Numbered from the stretch's first letter, positions 52,777-62,419 are shown. The stretch is 64,000 nucleotides of DNA from an uncultured bacterium (GCA_964562525.1 CAZLTL010000009.1:11352-75351), one strand, 5' to 3'. Notes: generated from the letters alone by a model not told the origin. A program made the numbers and translations.

Positions 52777-54123
52777 ATGAAAAAAAATCAGATTCTTATT
52801 TTGGGAATGATTCTCGCCGTGCTTTTCGGTATTGCTGCCGTTCAAAAAGCGCAGGAGAAGCGTGTGCCCGCCGGTGAGCATCGCCGGGAAGTTTGGAAGC
52901 CTCTGATTCTTACTGAACAAGTGACGCGTATTGTTTTTTCAAAACCAAAGCATCCGCCGCTTTCTATTTCGCGTCAAAGCCAAGGATGGAAAGTGGATAC
53001 GCTTTCAGGTGTTGCCGGGGATACTCAAAAAGTGAATGAGCTTCTCGCTCAACTGAATCAAATTCAGGCGGAATGGCGCGCCGAAGGGGAAGAGTATTTT
53101 GAGCGTTTCGGAGTGGGTGAAGAGCAAGCCTTCCGTTTGCAGGTGTTTAATGCGGAAGGCGGGGCCCTGCTTGATTTTTACATTGGTGTGAAGCGCGCAG
53201 GACAAGGTGTTTTTATCCGTTTGCCGGGGAAGCCTAAGATTTATTATGTTGCCGAAAACTTGCCTGCACTCTTTGGACTTTACGCGGATTTAGAGCCCGC
53301 CGCGCCGCTGCCGATTTTTTTCGCGGATTTAAGATTGGTACCCGAAACTTTTGAGCAAATTCAACGCTTTGAATTAACGGAGTTTCAGAATGGTCGGAAA
53401 ACAACGCTTGCGGCCCTTGAACGCCCCGTAGTTGAAGCCGGTGCGCCGTGGAATTTCATTGCGGAAATGGGTTCGTTTTCTCCCGGCTTTGAAAAAATCG
53501 AAAATTATTTGGCAACGTTAGCGGGCGCACATGCTGAGAATATCGCGCCGCCCCAAAGCGGATGGAAACCGGAGCTTGAAATCATGGTTCGGGATGCAAA
53601 GGGCAAGGTTCTTCGGCTTGAGTTTCTTAAAGTGAAGGAAGCCGTTTCTGGTGGAGCCGAAAGATGGCTTGTGAAGCGTGAAGATGCGCCGCAGATCTAC
53701 GAAGTATCGGACATGGTTGTGAATGATTTGAAAACTCAAGACGCTGCGCTGATCGAAGATAATCCGCTGCGGCTTGAAATTGATCAAGGCTATTCGGTGG
53801 AGATTCAGGACGAAAAACGGACGGATGTTTTTTCGCATGCTTCAGGTTGGCCTTCTGCCGCTGCGATATTGGATGCCGCATCACGGCTGCGCTTTCTGAG
53901 CCGGGAGTCCGGAGTCACCTCGGCGGATTTGCAGGGTTTTCCGCCGACTCACCGCCTTAAAATTAAGCGGCTAGGTGTGGATGTCGTGGAATTAAGTTTT
54001 TATGCCGCAGATTCGAAACTGCGCGAAATTAAAACAGTGATTTCAGGCCAGAGCCCAGTTTATGTTGTTAGCCGCGATTTTTTTGAAACTATTTTTATTC
54101 CGACGGATGCGGCCCCAGAATAG
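52777..54123 (+). CDS. Conserved hypothetical protein with an N-terminal membrane anchor (DUF4340-like by gene context)
   Basis: ATG at 52777 ([23 protein letters not shown]). Follows the GldA/GldF-G-like operon, where such proteins typically occur. Function call from context only. Confidence 0.45.
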   Translation: MKKNQILILGMILAVLFGIAAVQKAQEKRVPAGEHRREVWKPLILTEQVTRIVFSKPKHPPLSISRQSQGWKVDTLSGVAGDTQKVNELLAQLNQIQAEWRAEGEEYFERFGVGEEQAFRLQVFNAEGGALLDFYIGVKRAGQGVFIRLPGKPKIYYVAENLPALFGLYADLEPAAPLPIFFADLRLVPETFEQIQRFELTEFQNGRKTTLAALERPVVEAGAPWNFIAEMGSFSPGFEKIENYLATLAGAHAENIAPPQSGWKPELEIMVRDAKGKVLRLEFLKVKEAVSGGAERWLVKREDAPQIYEVSDMVVNDLKTQDAALIEDNPLRLEIDQGYSVEIQDEKRTDVFSHASGWPSAAAILDAASRLRFLSRESGVTSADLQGFPPTHRLKIKRLGVDVVELSFYAADSKLREIKTVISGQSPVYVVSRDFFETIFIPTDAAPE

Positions 54124-54171
54124 GGGACAGACCCCTTTGTTGGGTTTGTTTGGGAACGGGGTCTGTCCCCT
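54122..54171. repeat. Repeat family D hairpin, copy 1 (aggggacagacccc-22nt-ggggtctgtcccct); putative terminator, overlapping the DUF4340-like stop
   Basis: 14-bp perfect stem. The loop ends ...tgggaac, as in copy 2. Followed by tgatatacTTTTTTg. Confidence 0.5.
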
Positions 54172-54188
54172 GTGATATACTTTTTTGC

Positions 54189-54983
54189 ATGAAACCTTAT
54201 CTTGATTTGTTACGTCACATTTTGGAACACGGCACCAAGAAAACCGACCGCACCGGAACCGGCACCACCAGCGTTTTTGGTTATCAAATGCGTTTTGATC
54301 TTGCTCAAGGGTTTCCGCTTGTTACCACCAAGAAAGTTCATCTTCGCTCAATCATCCATGAATTGCTTTGGTTTCTTAAAGGCGAAACGAATATCAAATA
54401 TTTGAAAGATAATAATGTTTCCATTTGGGATGAATGGGCGGACGCGAATGGTGATTTAGGACCGGTGTATGGTAAACAATGGCGACGCTGGGAAACAGCA
54501 GACGGACGCGTGATTGATCAGGTTTCTCAGCTGATCGAGCTGATTAAAAAATCACCTGATAGCCGGAGGCTGATTATTTCAGCGTGGAATGTCGGCGAAA
54601 TCGACAAAATGGCTTTGATGCCGTGCCACACGATGTTTCAGTTTTATGTCGCGGACGGAAAGCTTTCTTGCCAGCTTTATCAGCGCAGCGCGGATGTTTT
54701 TCTGGGCGTGCCGTTTAATATCGCAAGTTATGCGCTTCTCACCATGATGATCGCGCAAGTTTGTAATCTGAAGGTGGGTGATTTTGTGCACACTTTCGGC
54801 GACGTACACATTTATTCCAATCACATGGAACAGGTCAATTTGCAGTTATCGCGCGAGCCCAAACCGCTTCCGCAAATGAAAATCAATCCCGCCGTAAAAG
54901 ACATTTTTAGCTTTAAGTTTGAAGATTTTACGCTGGAAAACTACGATCCGCATCCTCCTATCAAAGCCCCCGTCGCTGTTTAA
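54189..54983 (+). CDS. thyA: Thymidylate synthase
   Basis: [26 protein letters not shown], '[24 protein letters not shown]', '[10 protein letters not shown]' (catalytic Cys), '[17 protein letters not shown]'. The ATG at 54189 is preferred over the track's TTG at 54150, which lies inside the hairpin. Confidence 0.9.
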   Translation: MKPYLDLLRHILEHGTKKTDRTGTGTTSVFGYQMRFDLAQGFPLVTTKKVHLRSIIHELLWFLKGETNIKYLKDNNVSIWDEWADANGDLGPVYGKQWRRWETADGRVIDQVSQLIELIKKSPDSRRLIISAWNVGEIDKMALMPCHTMFQFYVADGKLSCQLYQRSADVFLGVPFNIASYALLTMMIAQVCNLKVGDFVHTFGDVHIYSNHMEQVNLQLSREPKPLPQMKINPAVKDIFSFKFEDFTLENYDPHPPIKAPVAV

Positions 54984-55104
54984 GATCAAAAGATAAGGGC
55001 TCGTCTACTGCGTCACAGCCTTCACTTCCTCCTGCGGCGTATTGCCGCATACGCCTCGTCGGGCGTTTGTCTGTTCCTTGTATCCAAACCCTTCTTTTTT
55101 GATC
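54984..55104 (+). repeat. Repeat family A, copy 4 (most divergent), starting immediately after the thyA TAA
   Basis: gatcaaaagataagggctcgtctactgcgtcacagccttcaCTTCCTCCTGCGGCGTATtgccgcATACGCCTCGTCGGGCGtttgtctgttccttgtatccaaacccttcttttttgatc. The inner stem is changed compensatorily (ggcgtat/atacgcc) and the outer stem is gatcaaaag.aagggtttgg/ccaaacccttcttttttgatc. Confidence 0.5.
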
Positions 55105-55135
55105 TTGCTGTAATTATTTGAGAGAAATTTCGAAA

Positions 55136-55188
55136 GCAAAGGGGTCAGACCCCAATGCGAGTTCGGGAACGGGGTCTGACCCCTTTGC
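55136..55188. repeat. Repeat family D hairpin, copy 2 (gcaaaggggtcagacccc-17nt-ggggtctgacccctttgc)
   Basis: 18-bp perfect stem, loop ...gttcgggaac. Together with copy 1 it brackets thyA in direct orientation. Confidence 0.5.
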
Positions 55189-55433
55189 GAAAGTTTTTGT
55201 CACAGCTGCTGCGGTTCTAAGCGGAGCTATTTACTTTTCTTGGTTTTGAGAAGTGTCCAGGCGGAAATTTCCAATATGGCTCAAGCTGCTCCCTTGATTG
55301 CTCGCCTGTGCCTTGTAAGCAAGAATAACAGCGCAGCTGTTATTAGAAGACCGATGGTCGGATGACCATAGCCAAATCTTCCTCCTTCGATTTTGAGCAG
55401 CTTGCGGAACGAGGCAGATCTGAATCGCTGAAA

Positions 55434-56150
55434 TTAAAAGCGGGTGGTGAGCTTGATTAGCCAATCAGGGTATTGTTCAAGAACCCAAATTTCAATTTCG
55501 CTCATGATTCCGGTTAAGAGAAGTGCCCCCAAAACTAAAAAAGTGAGCGCTGTTAAAAACTTAATAACAGGCGCGACTTTTGTTAGATTAGCTTTTATCT
55601 TTAACATGGCCGCCTGAGAAGACATAGCCATGATGAACATGGGCGTCGCAATTCCCAAAGAGAAGCTAAGCATGACAATAAAAGCATAAGGCAAGTTTTT
55701 GAGTTGGGATGCAAGCGCAATCGCCGCTCCAAGAGTCGGTCCTGCGCAAGGTGCCCACATTAAGCCAAGAAGGAAACCAAGAATAAAGGTTCCTCGTTTG
55801 CCTTCCCATTTAACGGAGCTAATCTTCGTTTGGAATCCGCTCAGAGATCCTGATGCAGCAAAAGCAAGTTTCTGATAAAGCGGTTGAATTAGCAGAATCG
55901 TTCCAAAGACGATCAATAAAAGAGCGGTGATTTTTTGTAAAAGTTCACGAGTCAGGCCCAGAGAACTTCCTACAGTTGCAATTAAAAATCCGGAGAGTGT
56001 AAAAGAGAGGATAAGTCCGGCGATTAAAAAAAGTGGACCGCGCCGATTTTCGTTCCATGCACTGATAATAACGATGGGCAAAATGGGAAGAACGCATGGC
56101 GATAGAATTGTTACCACGCCCGCTAAATATGCCAATATCATGCTTCCCAT
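55434..56150 (-). CDS. CcdA/DsbD-family thiol-disulfide transmembrane electron transporter
   Basis: 238 aa with 'AGVVTILSPCVLPILPIVI' and a second 'WAPCAGP' cysteine motif; 6 TM. Confidence 0.75.
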   Translation of the reverse strand: MGSMILAYLAGVVTILSPCVLPILPIVIISAWNENRRGPLFLIAGLILSFTLSGFLIATVGSSLGLTRELLQKITALLLIVFGTILLIQPLYQKLAFAASGSLSGFQTKISSVKWEGKRGTFILGFLLGLMWAPCAGPTLGAAIALASQLKNLPYAFIVMLSFSLGIATPMFIMAMSSQAAMLKIKANLTKVAPVIKFLTALTFLVLGALLLTGIMSEIEIWVLEQYPDWLIKLTTRF

Positions 56151-56172
56151 TTTGCCCTCCGAGTGTTTTTAA

Positions 56173-56568
56173 TTACATGCCTGATTTAACAAGATCAAGA
56201 ATTTTTGATTCGTTTGTTTCGCCTGTGAGACGACCTGTCTCTTTATCGCCCTTATAAACCACTAAAGTGCTTTGCATAGTAGCGCCTAGTTTTTCTACTG
56301 TGGCTTTGTCTTTCATGAAATCCACTTTAAAGAAAACAGCCTCTGGATACATTTCGGCAGCTTTCGCTAAGGCTGGCTGCTGTGCCTTGCAAGTCGGGCA
56401 ACCTTGTTTATATACATCAACAACAATAGTCTTGCCCATGGACTGTGCTTGCATGAATGCTTCTGAACTGAATGGTTGCGCGTGTCCGTCTGCTTTCGCT
56501 GCAGGGCTAAAAGCAAGCGTCATCGCAATCAGAGCAGTGCCGGTTAAAATTTGAGATAGAACTTTCAT
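56173..56568 (-). CDS. Periplasmic thioredoxin-family protein (CxxC = CPTC)
   Basis: Signal peptide MKVLSQILTGTALIAMTLAFSPAAKA, then 'VVDVYKQGCPTCKAQQPAL'. Paired with ccdA downstream, as in cytochrome-c maturation or periplasmic reduction systems. Confidence 0.75.
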   Translation of the reverse strand: MKVLSQILTGTALIAMTLAFSPAAKADGHAQPFSSEAFMQAQSMGKTIVVDVYKQGCPTCKAQQPALAKAAEMYPEAVFFKVDFMKDKATVEKLGATMQSTLVVYKGDKETGRLTGETNESKILDLVKSGM

Positions 56569-56711
56569 AAAGGAACTCCTTTTTCGTTAAATGGACTTTT
56601 CGTTCGTAATTCGTTAGCATGACGACGAAAAGTTTGATTTGTTTTTCAATGATTAATACGAACCATGATTAGAAATGGTTACAATTTATTTTTATGTAAC
56701 CTCGAGGGCTT

Positions 56712-57254
56712 GTGATCCGAATATACAATAGTGACCAGTGGGATGGATGGATGAAACTGGCATTAGTCGGAGATGCTCAAGGGTATCATCATCTGTTGAC
56801 GAATATACGGGAATGGCTCATGGCTTATTTTTCAAAACGAGTTCCGCGAGCTGTTTTGGAGGATTTGGTTCAGAGCACGCTGCTCAGCATTCATGAAAAA
56901 AGGCATACTTTTGATCCTCAATATAAAGTAGGCCCATGGGTTGCTGCTGTGGCGAGGCATCGGTGGATTGATTATTTGCGTGCGCATTCGAGCAAGGTGG
57001 AATGCGAGCTAAGTGAGAATGTGCCGGAAAAAGAAGTGATACAGACTTTTTTAGCGACGGAAGATGTAGCTGAGTTACTGCGTTTAATTCCGAAGGATCA
57101 GGCTGAAATGATTGAATTGGTAAAACTCAAGCAGCTTAGCGTTGAAGAAGCTTCTAAAAAGACTGGGCAGAGCGAAGCGAATGTGAAGGTGCTCGTGCAT
57201 CGGGGAATAAAGAAGTTAATTGAAAAAGTTGGGGTAGTGAATGAACGATTCTAA
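56712..57254 (+). CDS. ECF-type RNA polymerase sigma factor (sigma-70 family group IV)
   Basis: Region-2-like 'LVQSTLLSIHEKRHTFDPQYKVGPWVAAVARHRWIDYLR' and region-4 HTH 'LSVEEASKKTGQSEANVKVLVHRGIKKL'. The start is GTG (track) or the internal ATG at ~56748. Confidence 0.7.
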   Translation: MIRIYNSDQWDGWMKLALVGDAQGYHHLLTNIREWLMAYFSKRVPRAVLEDLVQSTLLSIHEKRHTFDPQYKVGPWVAAVARHRWIDYLRAHSSKVECELSENVPEKEVIQTFLATEDVAELLRLIPKDQAEMIELVKLKQLSVEEASKKTGQSEANVKVLVHRGIKKLIEKVGVVNERF

Positions 57255-57888
57255 AAAATTGATTGATCAGCTTACGGCAGACTGTAAACCCGTTTCCGTC
57301 ATCAAAAACCGCGATGGATTTTTGTTGAGCGCGACCACTTTGATCGGAATAGGCTTTTGCGTTTTGTTTTTTATGGGCATTCGACCTGACTATCAGGCAG
57401 CGATCGAGTCCCGGGTCTTTTTTTGGAAGCCAGGAATTTTTGTTTTCATTTGGCTTTCGAGTTTGCTGTTTATTTTGAAATTATCTCGGCCGCATGAAAA
57501 AGCTCCAAAGTGGGCTTGGGCAACATTACTGGCAGCATTTCTATTTTTATTGAGCCAATTTAAATTGCAGCTTGATCAGTATTCTTGGACATTTATGGTT
57601 CAAAGTTTAGCTTCGAGTTCTGCTTGGGTTTGTTTTGGAACCATTACCGGATGTGGGCTTTTAGCATTAGGGTTGATTTGGCATTTTTGGTTGCGACGCA
57701 CAGCGTCTTCTTCACCATCTCAGCTTGGGTTTTGGGCTGGAGTGAATGTGGGCTCATTAGCGGCAGCGGCTTATGCGGTTCATTGTCCGATGGATACGGC
57801 GACTTACATCTTTTGCTATTATTGTTCACCCCTCTTCATTTTCTCTGCTTTCGGCGCTTGGTTAGGTAAATCCAAGCTGCGCTGGTGA
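57241..57888 (+). CDS. Membrane anti-sigma factor, NrsF/DUF1109-like
   Basis: Overlaps the sigma gene by 14 nt. 'LIDQLTADCKPVSV' matches the DUF1109 N-terminal signature, followed by ~6 TM helices. Confidence 0.55.
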   Translation: MNDSKKLIDQLTADCKPVSVIKNRDGFLLSATTLIGIGFCVLFFMGIRPDYQAAIESRVFFWKPGIFVFIWLSSLLFILKLSRPHEKAPKWAWATLLAAFLFLLSQFKLQLDQYSWTFMVQSLASSSAWVCFGTITGCGLLALGLIWHFWLRRTASSSPSQLGFWAGVNVGSLAAAAYAVHCPMDTATYIFCYYCSPLFIFSAFGAWLGKSKLRW

Positions 57889-57962
57889 AATAATCCAATA
57901 ATAATTTTGACATAGCTCTTTTAATAGAGTAGTCTACTAAATATATAGACTAAGTATATTTT

Positions 57963-58415
57963 ATGATTTCAAAGAAAAGCAAATATGCGCTTAAGGCGCT
58001 TGAGGTTTTAGCGGAGAATTACACGCGGGCAGAGCCTTTGCTTATTTCCGATATTGCCGCGAAAGGAAAATTGCCCAAAAAGTTTCTCGAGGCTATTTTG
58101 CTTGAGCTTAGAAATAAGGGAATCCTGAATAGTCGTAAGGGAAAGGGTGGCGGATATTCACTCGCGATGGCGCCGTCCGCAATCAAAATTGGCAATGTGT
58201 TGCGGGCAATTGAGGGGCCTTTAGCTCCGTTACCTTGCCTGAGTAAAACAGCCTATCGAAAATGTGATGAGTGCGAGAGTGAAGAAAACTGTGGCATACG
58301 GCTTGTGATGAAAGATGCGTTTGAAGCGCAGTTGGCTAAATTAGAATCGGTTTCGCTGCAGTGTATGCTGGATCGTAAATGCACGGCGGAACTGGCCGGA
58401 AGCTACGAAATTTAA
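57963..58415 (+). CDS. Rrf2-family transcriptional regulator (IscR/NsrR-like)
   Basis: 'MISKKSKYALKALEVLA ... LISDIAAKGKLPKKFLEAILLELRNKGILNSRKGKGGGYSLA' with three downstream Cys (C-x-C...C). Confidence 0.75.
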   Translation: MISKKSKYALKALEVLAENYTRAEPLLISDIAAKGKLPKKFLEAILLELRNKGILNSRKGKGGGYSLAMAPSAIKIGNVLRAIEGPLAPLPCLSKTAYRKCDECESEENCGIRLVMKDAFEAQLAKLESVSLQCMLDRKCTAELAGSYEI

Positions 58416-58430
58416 CTTAGGAAAAAGAAA

Positions 58431-60239
58431 ATGGATTTTCAAGTTGTTTGGACTTTAGTGATTTTGGTTGGCATGATGACTGCGTTGGCGGTCGGAATCG
58501 GCAGCGCCGATTTTGTTATGCTCGCGGCATTAGCGGCTCTCCTCATGGGAGGTGTGATTTCTCCGAAGGAAGCTCTGGCCGGGTTTTCGAATGAAGGTAT
58601 GATTACGGTTGCTTTGCTTTTTGTGCTCAGCGAAGCCATTCGCAACACAGGCGCATTGAACGGTGTTGTGACAAGTTACTTAGGCAGTCAAAAAAGTAAA
58701 TCCACATCACGTATGATGCTGAAAATGATGGCGCCGATCGCAGCTCTTTCGGCATTTTTGAATAACACGGCAATCGTTGCGATTTTTACTCCCACGGTAA
58801 AAAAATGGACGAGTCAGCTTAATCTTCCCGCGTCAAAATTTTTTATTCCTCTTTCTTATGCCACGGTTTTAGGCGGGTGCGTGACGCTGATCGGAACTTC
58901 CACAAACCTGATCGTGCACGGACTTTTGCTGCAAAAGGGAATGAAGGGGTTTTCTTTTTTTGAATTAGCGTGGGTTGGAATTCCGTGCACATTGGTCGGC
59001 ATGGTTTATCTCATGACGATTGGCAAAAATCTTTTGCCGAATCACAAGGGCGCGACTGATTTAATTACCGAAAATAGCCGTGAGTATGTCGTTGAAATGA
59101 AAGTGAAAAAAGATTCGCCGCTCATCGGAAGATCAATTGAACAGGCGGGTTTGCGCAATTTGCGCGGGCTATTCTTGGTAGATATTGAACGCGGCGGAAA
59201 GTCGCTCGGAACCGTGGCTCGCTCAGAAATTTTGGCTCCGGAAGACCGGCTTTTATTTGCAGGTGTAACATCCGCAGTGCTCGACTTGCAGGAAATTCCG
59301 GGGCTTGTACCGGCAGAGCATGAGACCTTCGAGGGAGATTTGAAATCATTGCGAATGCATTTGGTGGAAGCAGTTGTTTCATCCAATTCACCGATTTTGG
59401 GAAAGACGATTAAAGAATGCGGTTTTCGTTCCAGATACGATGCCGGTGTGGTTGCGGTTCATCGTAACGGTGAGCGTATTCAGCAAAAAATTGGCGATAT
59501 TGAATTGCGCGCGGGCGACACTTTGCTTGTTTTTGCGCAAGAAGATTTTGTTCAAAACTGGCGCGACTCTCAGGACTTTTATCTTATTTCCTATTTGGGC
59601 GATAAACCGCCGGTTGTTTCATGGCAGGGATATGCTTTGATTGCGATGACGGTTGTCATGATTGCCTTCGCGGTCATCGGCGAAACGGCAGATTTAAAAC
59701 TTTTTGGCAACCATATCAGTATTTTTCAAATGGCTTTGCTTGGCGTGATTGGCGCTTTTTTACTCGGAACTTTGCGTGCTCGCGAAGCGAAGCAGGCGTT
59801 GCGAACGGATGTTTTAATTGCAATCGCATGTTCATTCGGAATCAGTAAAGCTCTTGAAAATACGGGGATCGCGCAATATTCCGCGGATCAAATGGTGTCG
59901 GTCTTGTCTCATTGGGGACCCTATGCGGTATTAGCCGGAATTTATTTGCTCGCGAATTTATTTACGGAGTTGATGTCCAATAACGCGGCCGCTGTTTTGG
60001 TTTTCCCGATTGCTTTGGCAATTGCCGAGCAAATGGGCGTGAGTCCGATGCCGTTTGTGATTGCGGTCACAGTTGCGGCATCCTATGGGTTTGCGACCCC
60101 GATCGGTTATCAAACGCATTTGATGGTGCAAAGCGCCGGCGGATATAAATTCAGCGATTATTTGAAAGTGGGACCGTTACTCAACTTGATTTGCTTTGTT
60201 GTGGCGGTATTGATTATCCCTCTGATCTGGAAATTTTAG
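58431..60239 (+). CDS. SLC13/DASS-family permease with two internal TrkA-C regulatory domains
   Basis: 602 aa. Hydrophobic N- and C-terminal halves flank soluble repeats 'GRSIEQAGLRNLRGLFLVDIERGG' / 'GKTIKECGFRSRYDAGVVAVHRNG' (TrkA-C-like). Confidence 0.7.
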   Translation: MDFQVVWTLVILVGMMTALAVGIGSADFVMLAALAALLMGGVISPKEALAGFSNEGMITVALLFVLSEAIRNTGALNGVVTSYLGSQKSKSTSRMMLKMMAPIAALSAFLNNTAIVAIFTPTVKKWTSQLNLPASKFFIPLSYATVLGGCVTLIGTSTNLIVHGLLLQKGMKGFSFFELAWVGIPCTLVGMVYLMTIGKNLLPNHKGATDLITENSREYVVEMKVKKDSPLIGRSIEQAGLRNLRGLFLVDIERGGKSLGTVARSEILAPEDRLLFAGVTSAVLDLQEIPGLVPAEHETFEGDLKSLRMHLVEAVVSSNSPILGKTIKECGFRSRYDAGVVAVHRNGERIQQKIGDIELRAGDTLLVFAQEDFVQNWRDSQDFYLISYLGDKPPVVSWQGYALIAMTVVMIAFAVIGETADLKLFGNHISIFQMALLGVIGAFLLGTLRAREAKQALRTDVLIAIACSFGISKALENTGIAQYSADQMVSVLSHWGPYAVLAGIYLLANLFTELMSNNAAAVLVFPIALAIAEQMGVSPMPFVIAVTVAASYGFATPIGYQTHLMVQSAGGYKFSDYLKVGPLLNLICFVVAVLIIPLIWKF

Positions 60240-60363
60240 CAAGCCGCTGAAAAGGGCCTGTCTGCGTCGTTGCGGACTTCACTTCCTTGTGCGGCGTATT
60301 GCTTCATACGCCTCCGCGGGCATTCGTCCGCGCCTAGCATCCCAGCCCTTTTGAGCCGCTTGC
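60239..60363 (+). repeat. Repeat family A, copy 3, overlapping the TAG of the permease gene
   Basis: gcaagccgctgaaaagggcctgtctgcgtcgttgcggacttcaCTTCCTTGTGCGGCGTATtgcttcATACGCCTCCGCGGGCattcgtccgcgcctagcatcccagcccttttgagccgcttgc. All three stems covary: outer gcaagccgctgaaaaggg/cccttttgagccgcttgc, middle gcggac/gtccgc, inner ggcgtat/atacgcc. Confidence 0.6.
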
Positions 60364-60388
60364 GGAACATCTAGCAAAACGCTATTCT

Positions 60389-61129
60389 GTGTTTATGGAA
60401 ATAAAATCTAATCAAGGTGAAAATTTTATAGTGGCCTATCTTGACATAATGGGCTACCGAGATTTAATTAAAACAACAGAGCCTGAAAAAATAAAAGAAG
60501 CCATAGAAGGAACTCTTAAATCTCCCGAGTCTATTAGTGGTGATGCAGCTGATTTAGCAAAGTCCATAGAACTGCAGCTCCTGAGTGATTCGATAATTCT
60601 TGCTTTAAATTTAGACAGTTTAGAGCAGTACCAAATTGGATTTAAGATAAATCAATTTTTGGCGATATGCGCAGCTTTGTATGTACTTTTATTTTGTCAG
60701 CTGAAAAAACCAATAAGAGGTGCGGTCGCAATAGGGCAATACTATATGGAGCAGCTTCAAACTCGCTTTGCCAATCACTTTTTGTTCAGTAAGGCGCTTG
60801 TTGAAGCGTATGAGCTTGAAAATAAACACGCTGATGTTCCCAGAATATTGTTAACCCAAAAGCTGGGCGCTCTTTTTACCGGCGAACCTCACTCTAAAAA
60901 TAAAATCAAAAAAGATTTTGATGGCTTATGGATAATTGACCCATACGAATTTGTTCGGTTTTGTGATGGTGTTAACAAATCACGCGATGTGGAAAATCTT
61001 TATATTAAAAATTTAAAGGAAGTATTAAATTCGGATATTGAATTAAAGGTAAAACGTAAGTACGAGTATATGCGAATGTGTCATAATCAGAAAATGATGG
61101 CGAATGGTCTAAATGAATTCTTGATTTGA
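60389..61129 (+). CDS. Hypothetical protein (246 aa), AT-rich orphan gene, possible divergent nucleotidyltransferase/cyclase-palm-like fold
   Basis: 'NFIVAYLDIMGYRDLI' resembles the first metal-binding motif of class-III cyclase / GGDEF / mCpol palm domains (hh.hDI.G[FY]..L), and 'LLSDSIILAL' sits about 50 aa later where the second acidic motif would be. The resemblance is weak. Visibly AT-rich, and flanked upstream by repeat A3. Confidence 0.5.
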   Translation: MFMEIKSNQGENFIVAYLDIMGYRDLIKTTEPEKIKEAIEGTLKSPESISGDAADLAKSIELQLLSDSIILALNLDSLEQYQIGFKINQFLAICAALYVLLFCQLKKPIRGAVAIGQYYMEQLQTRFANHFLFSKALVEAYELENKHADVPRILLTQKLGALFTGEPHSKNKIKKDFDGLWIIDPYEFVRFCDGVNKSRDVENLYIKNLKEVLNSDIELKVKRKYEYMRMCHNQKMMANGLNEFLI

Positions 61130-61148
61130 TTATCAGAAAAAAGAGAAA

Positions 61149-61670
61149 ATGAAAAATATAAGTCTTCAGTCTTCAGTCGTTGGTCATCGGTCTGGTCTTT
61201 TCCACGTCGTTGCAATGGCGCAAAACAAGGTGATAGGAAAAGACAATAAATTGCCTTGGCATTTTTCCGCCGACCTCAAGTTTTTCAAAGCGTTGACCAC
61301 CGGCCAAACCGTGATTATGGGACGCAAAACCCATGAAAGTATTGGAAGACCGCTTCCAAACCGTGAGAATTTCATTGTTTCGCGTTCGGTGCGGCAAGAT
61401 GTTGGAACTTTAAAAAATTTTTCATCGATTGAGTCGGCTCTGAGCGCGGTGAAGACCGAAAAAGCGTTTATTATCGGCGGGGCGGAGATTTACAGGCAGA
61501 CAATCGACAAAATTGCAGGGATTTATCTGACTTTGATCCATCAGGACTTTGAGGGGGATGCTTTTTACCCCGGTATTCCGGTTGGGTTTAAGGAGGTTTC
61601 CCGAGAGAAACTGCAGGAAAACCCCTTGATCGAAATTATCTTTTACCAGCCCACCAAGACCGGGTCTTAG
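61149..61670 (+). CDS. folA: Dihydrofolate reductase
   Basis: 'LFHVVAMAQNKVIGKDNKLPWHFSADLKFFKALTTGQTVIMGRKTHESIGRPLPNRENFIVSRS' aligns with canonical FolA (IAALA.DRVIG...MPW ... VIMGRKTWESIGRPLP.R.NIVLSR). An alternative start is ATG 61215, but it would remove the first beta-strand. Confidence 0.85.
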   Translation: MKNISLQSSVVGHRSGLFHVVAMAQNKVIGKDNKLPWHFSADLKFFKALTTGQTVIMGRKTHESIGRPLPNRENFIVSRSVRQDVGTLKNFSSIESALSAVKTEKAFIIGGAEIYRQTIDKIAGIYLTLIHQDFEGDAFYPGIPVGFKEVSREKLQENPLIEIIFYQPTKTGS

Positions 61671-61704
61671 GCTTAAAAAATCGTCGCCTTGTTCGTTGTT
61701 CTTT

Positions 61705-61740
61705 GAGCGCTCTACCGCTATAATACGCCCTTCCTTGGAA
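61705..61740 (+). promoter_or_regulatory. Candidate sigma70 promoter (-35 TTGTTC, 17-nt spacer, -10 TATAAT) in the 257-bp folA-TPR spacer; it implies a ~180-nt structured leader containing the hairpin ggcaatgccaaaggcgcattgcc
   Basis: gTTGTTCtttgagcgctctaccgcTATAATacg read directly. Confidence 0.3.
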
Positions 61741-61927
61741 GCAATTTCATAAGCAGTCGTGAAGTCAAAGAGTTGAGAGAAGCGAGTAGGGCAAGGAGTT
61801 CGAAGCAGGCAATGCCAAAGGCGCATTGCCGATGCAGGACGACGAAGCTATGCGAAGCTTATCTCAGCTCGACACTTACGAATACTTATGAATTTGCTTC
61901 CTGCAATCCCATGCGGAGTCGCCTTTT

Positions 61928-62419
61928 GTGACCGAAGATTTCAATTTTGATACAGGGCAAGCGGAGCGCTTTTTTCATGATGCTTATGAAAAGCAAATGG
62001 CTGGGCATATGGATGAAGCCATTGAGCTGTATCAGAAGTCGATAGAAATTTTTCCGACAGCGGAAGCGCATACTTTTTTAGGATGGGCCTATAGTTTTAA
62101 GGGGCGTTTTGAGGACGCAATTACAGAGTGCCGTAAAGCGATTGAAGTCGATCCGGATTTCGGTAATCCATATAACGATATCGGCGCTTATTTGATTGAA
62201 CTCGGGCAGTATGATGAAGCTCTGACGTGGCTTGAGCAGGCAACGCAGGCTAAGCGCTATGATGCGTACTTTTATGCTCATTTTAATTTGGGGCGGGTTT
62301 GGGAGCAAAAAGGCAATTGGATGCGAGCGCTATCTTGTTATCAAGAAGCTTATCGTTTAAACCCGGATTATACCTTGGCTGAAAAAGCGATGATCCGTAT
62401 GAGAGCGAAGCTAAACTAA
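61928..62419 (+). CDS. TPR-repeat protein (163 aa)
   Basis: GTG start. Three or four TPR-like 34-mers (e.g. 'AEAHTFLGWAYSFKGRFEDAITECRKAIEVDPDF', 'GNWMRALSCYQEAYRLNPDY'). Confidence 0.6.
   Translation: MTEDFNFDTGQAERFFHDAYEKQMAGHMDEAIELYQKSIEIFPTAEAHTFLGWAYSFKGRFEDAITECRKAIEVDPDFGNPYNDIGAYLIELGQYDEALTWLEQATQAKRYDAYFYAHFNLGRVWEQKGNWMRALSCYQEAYRLNPDYTLAEKAMIRMRAKLN

Noticed and set aside
47241-60363. Considered whether family-A elements are integron attC sites, since they are stop-codon-adjacent, same-orientation imperfect palindromes.
   Set aside because: attC sites are conserved in structure but not in internal sequence. Here a ~45-nt core is conserved, no R''/R' (RYYYAAC/GTTRRRY) cores are evident, and no intI is present.
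61422-61826. 134-aa minus-strand ORF spanning the folA 3' end and the folA-TPR spacer, and a 27-aa Cys-rich mini-ORF (~61811-61891) on the + strand.
   Set aside because: The minus ORF overlaps folA antisense. The mini-ORF has no convincing RBS. The spacer is better explained as a promoter plus structured leader.
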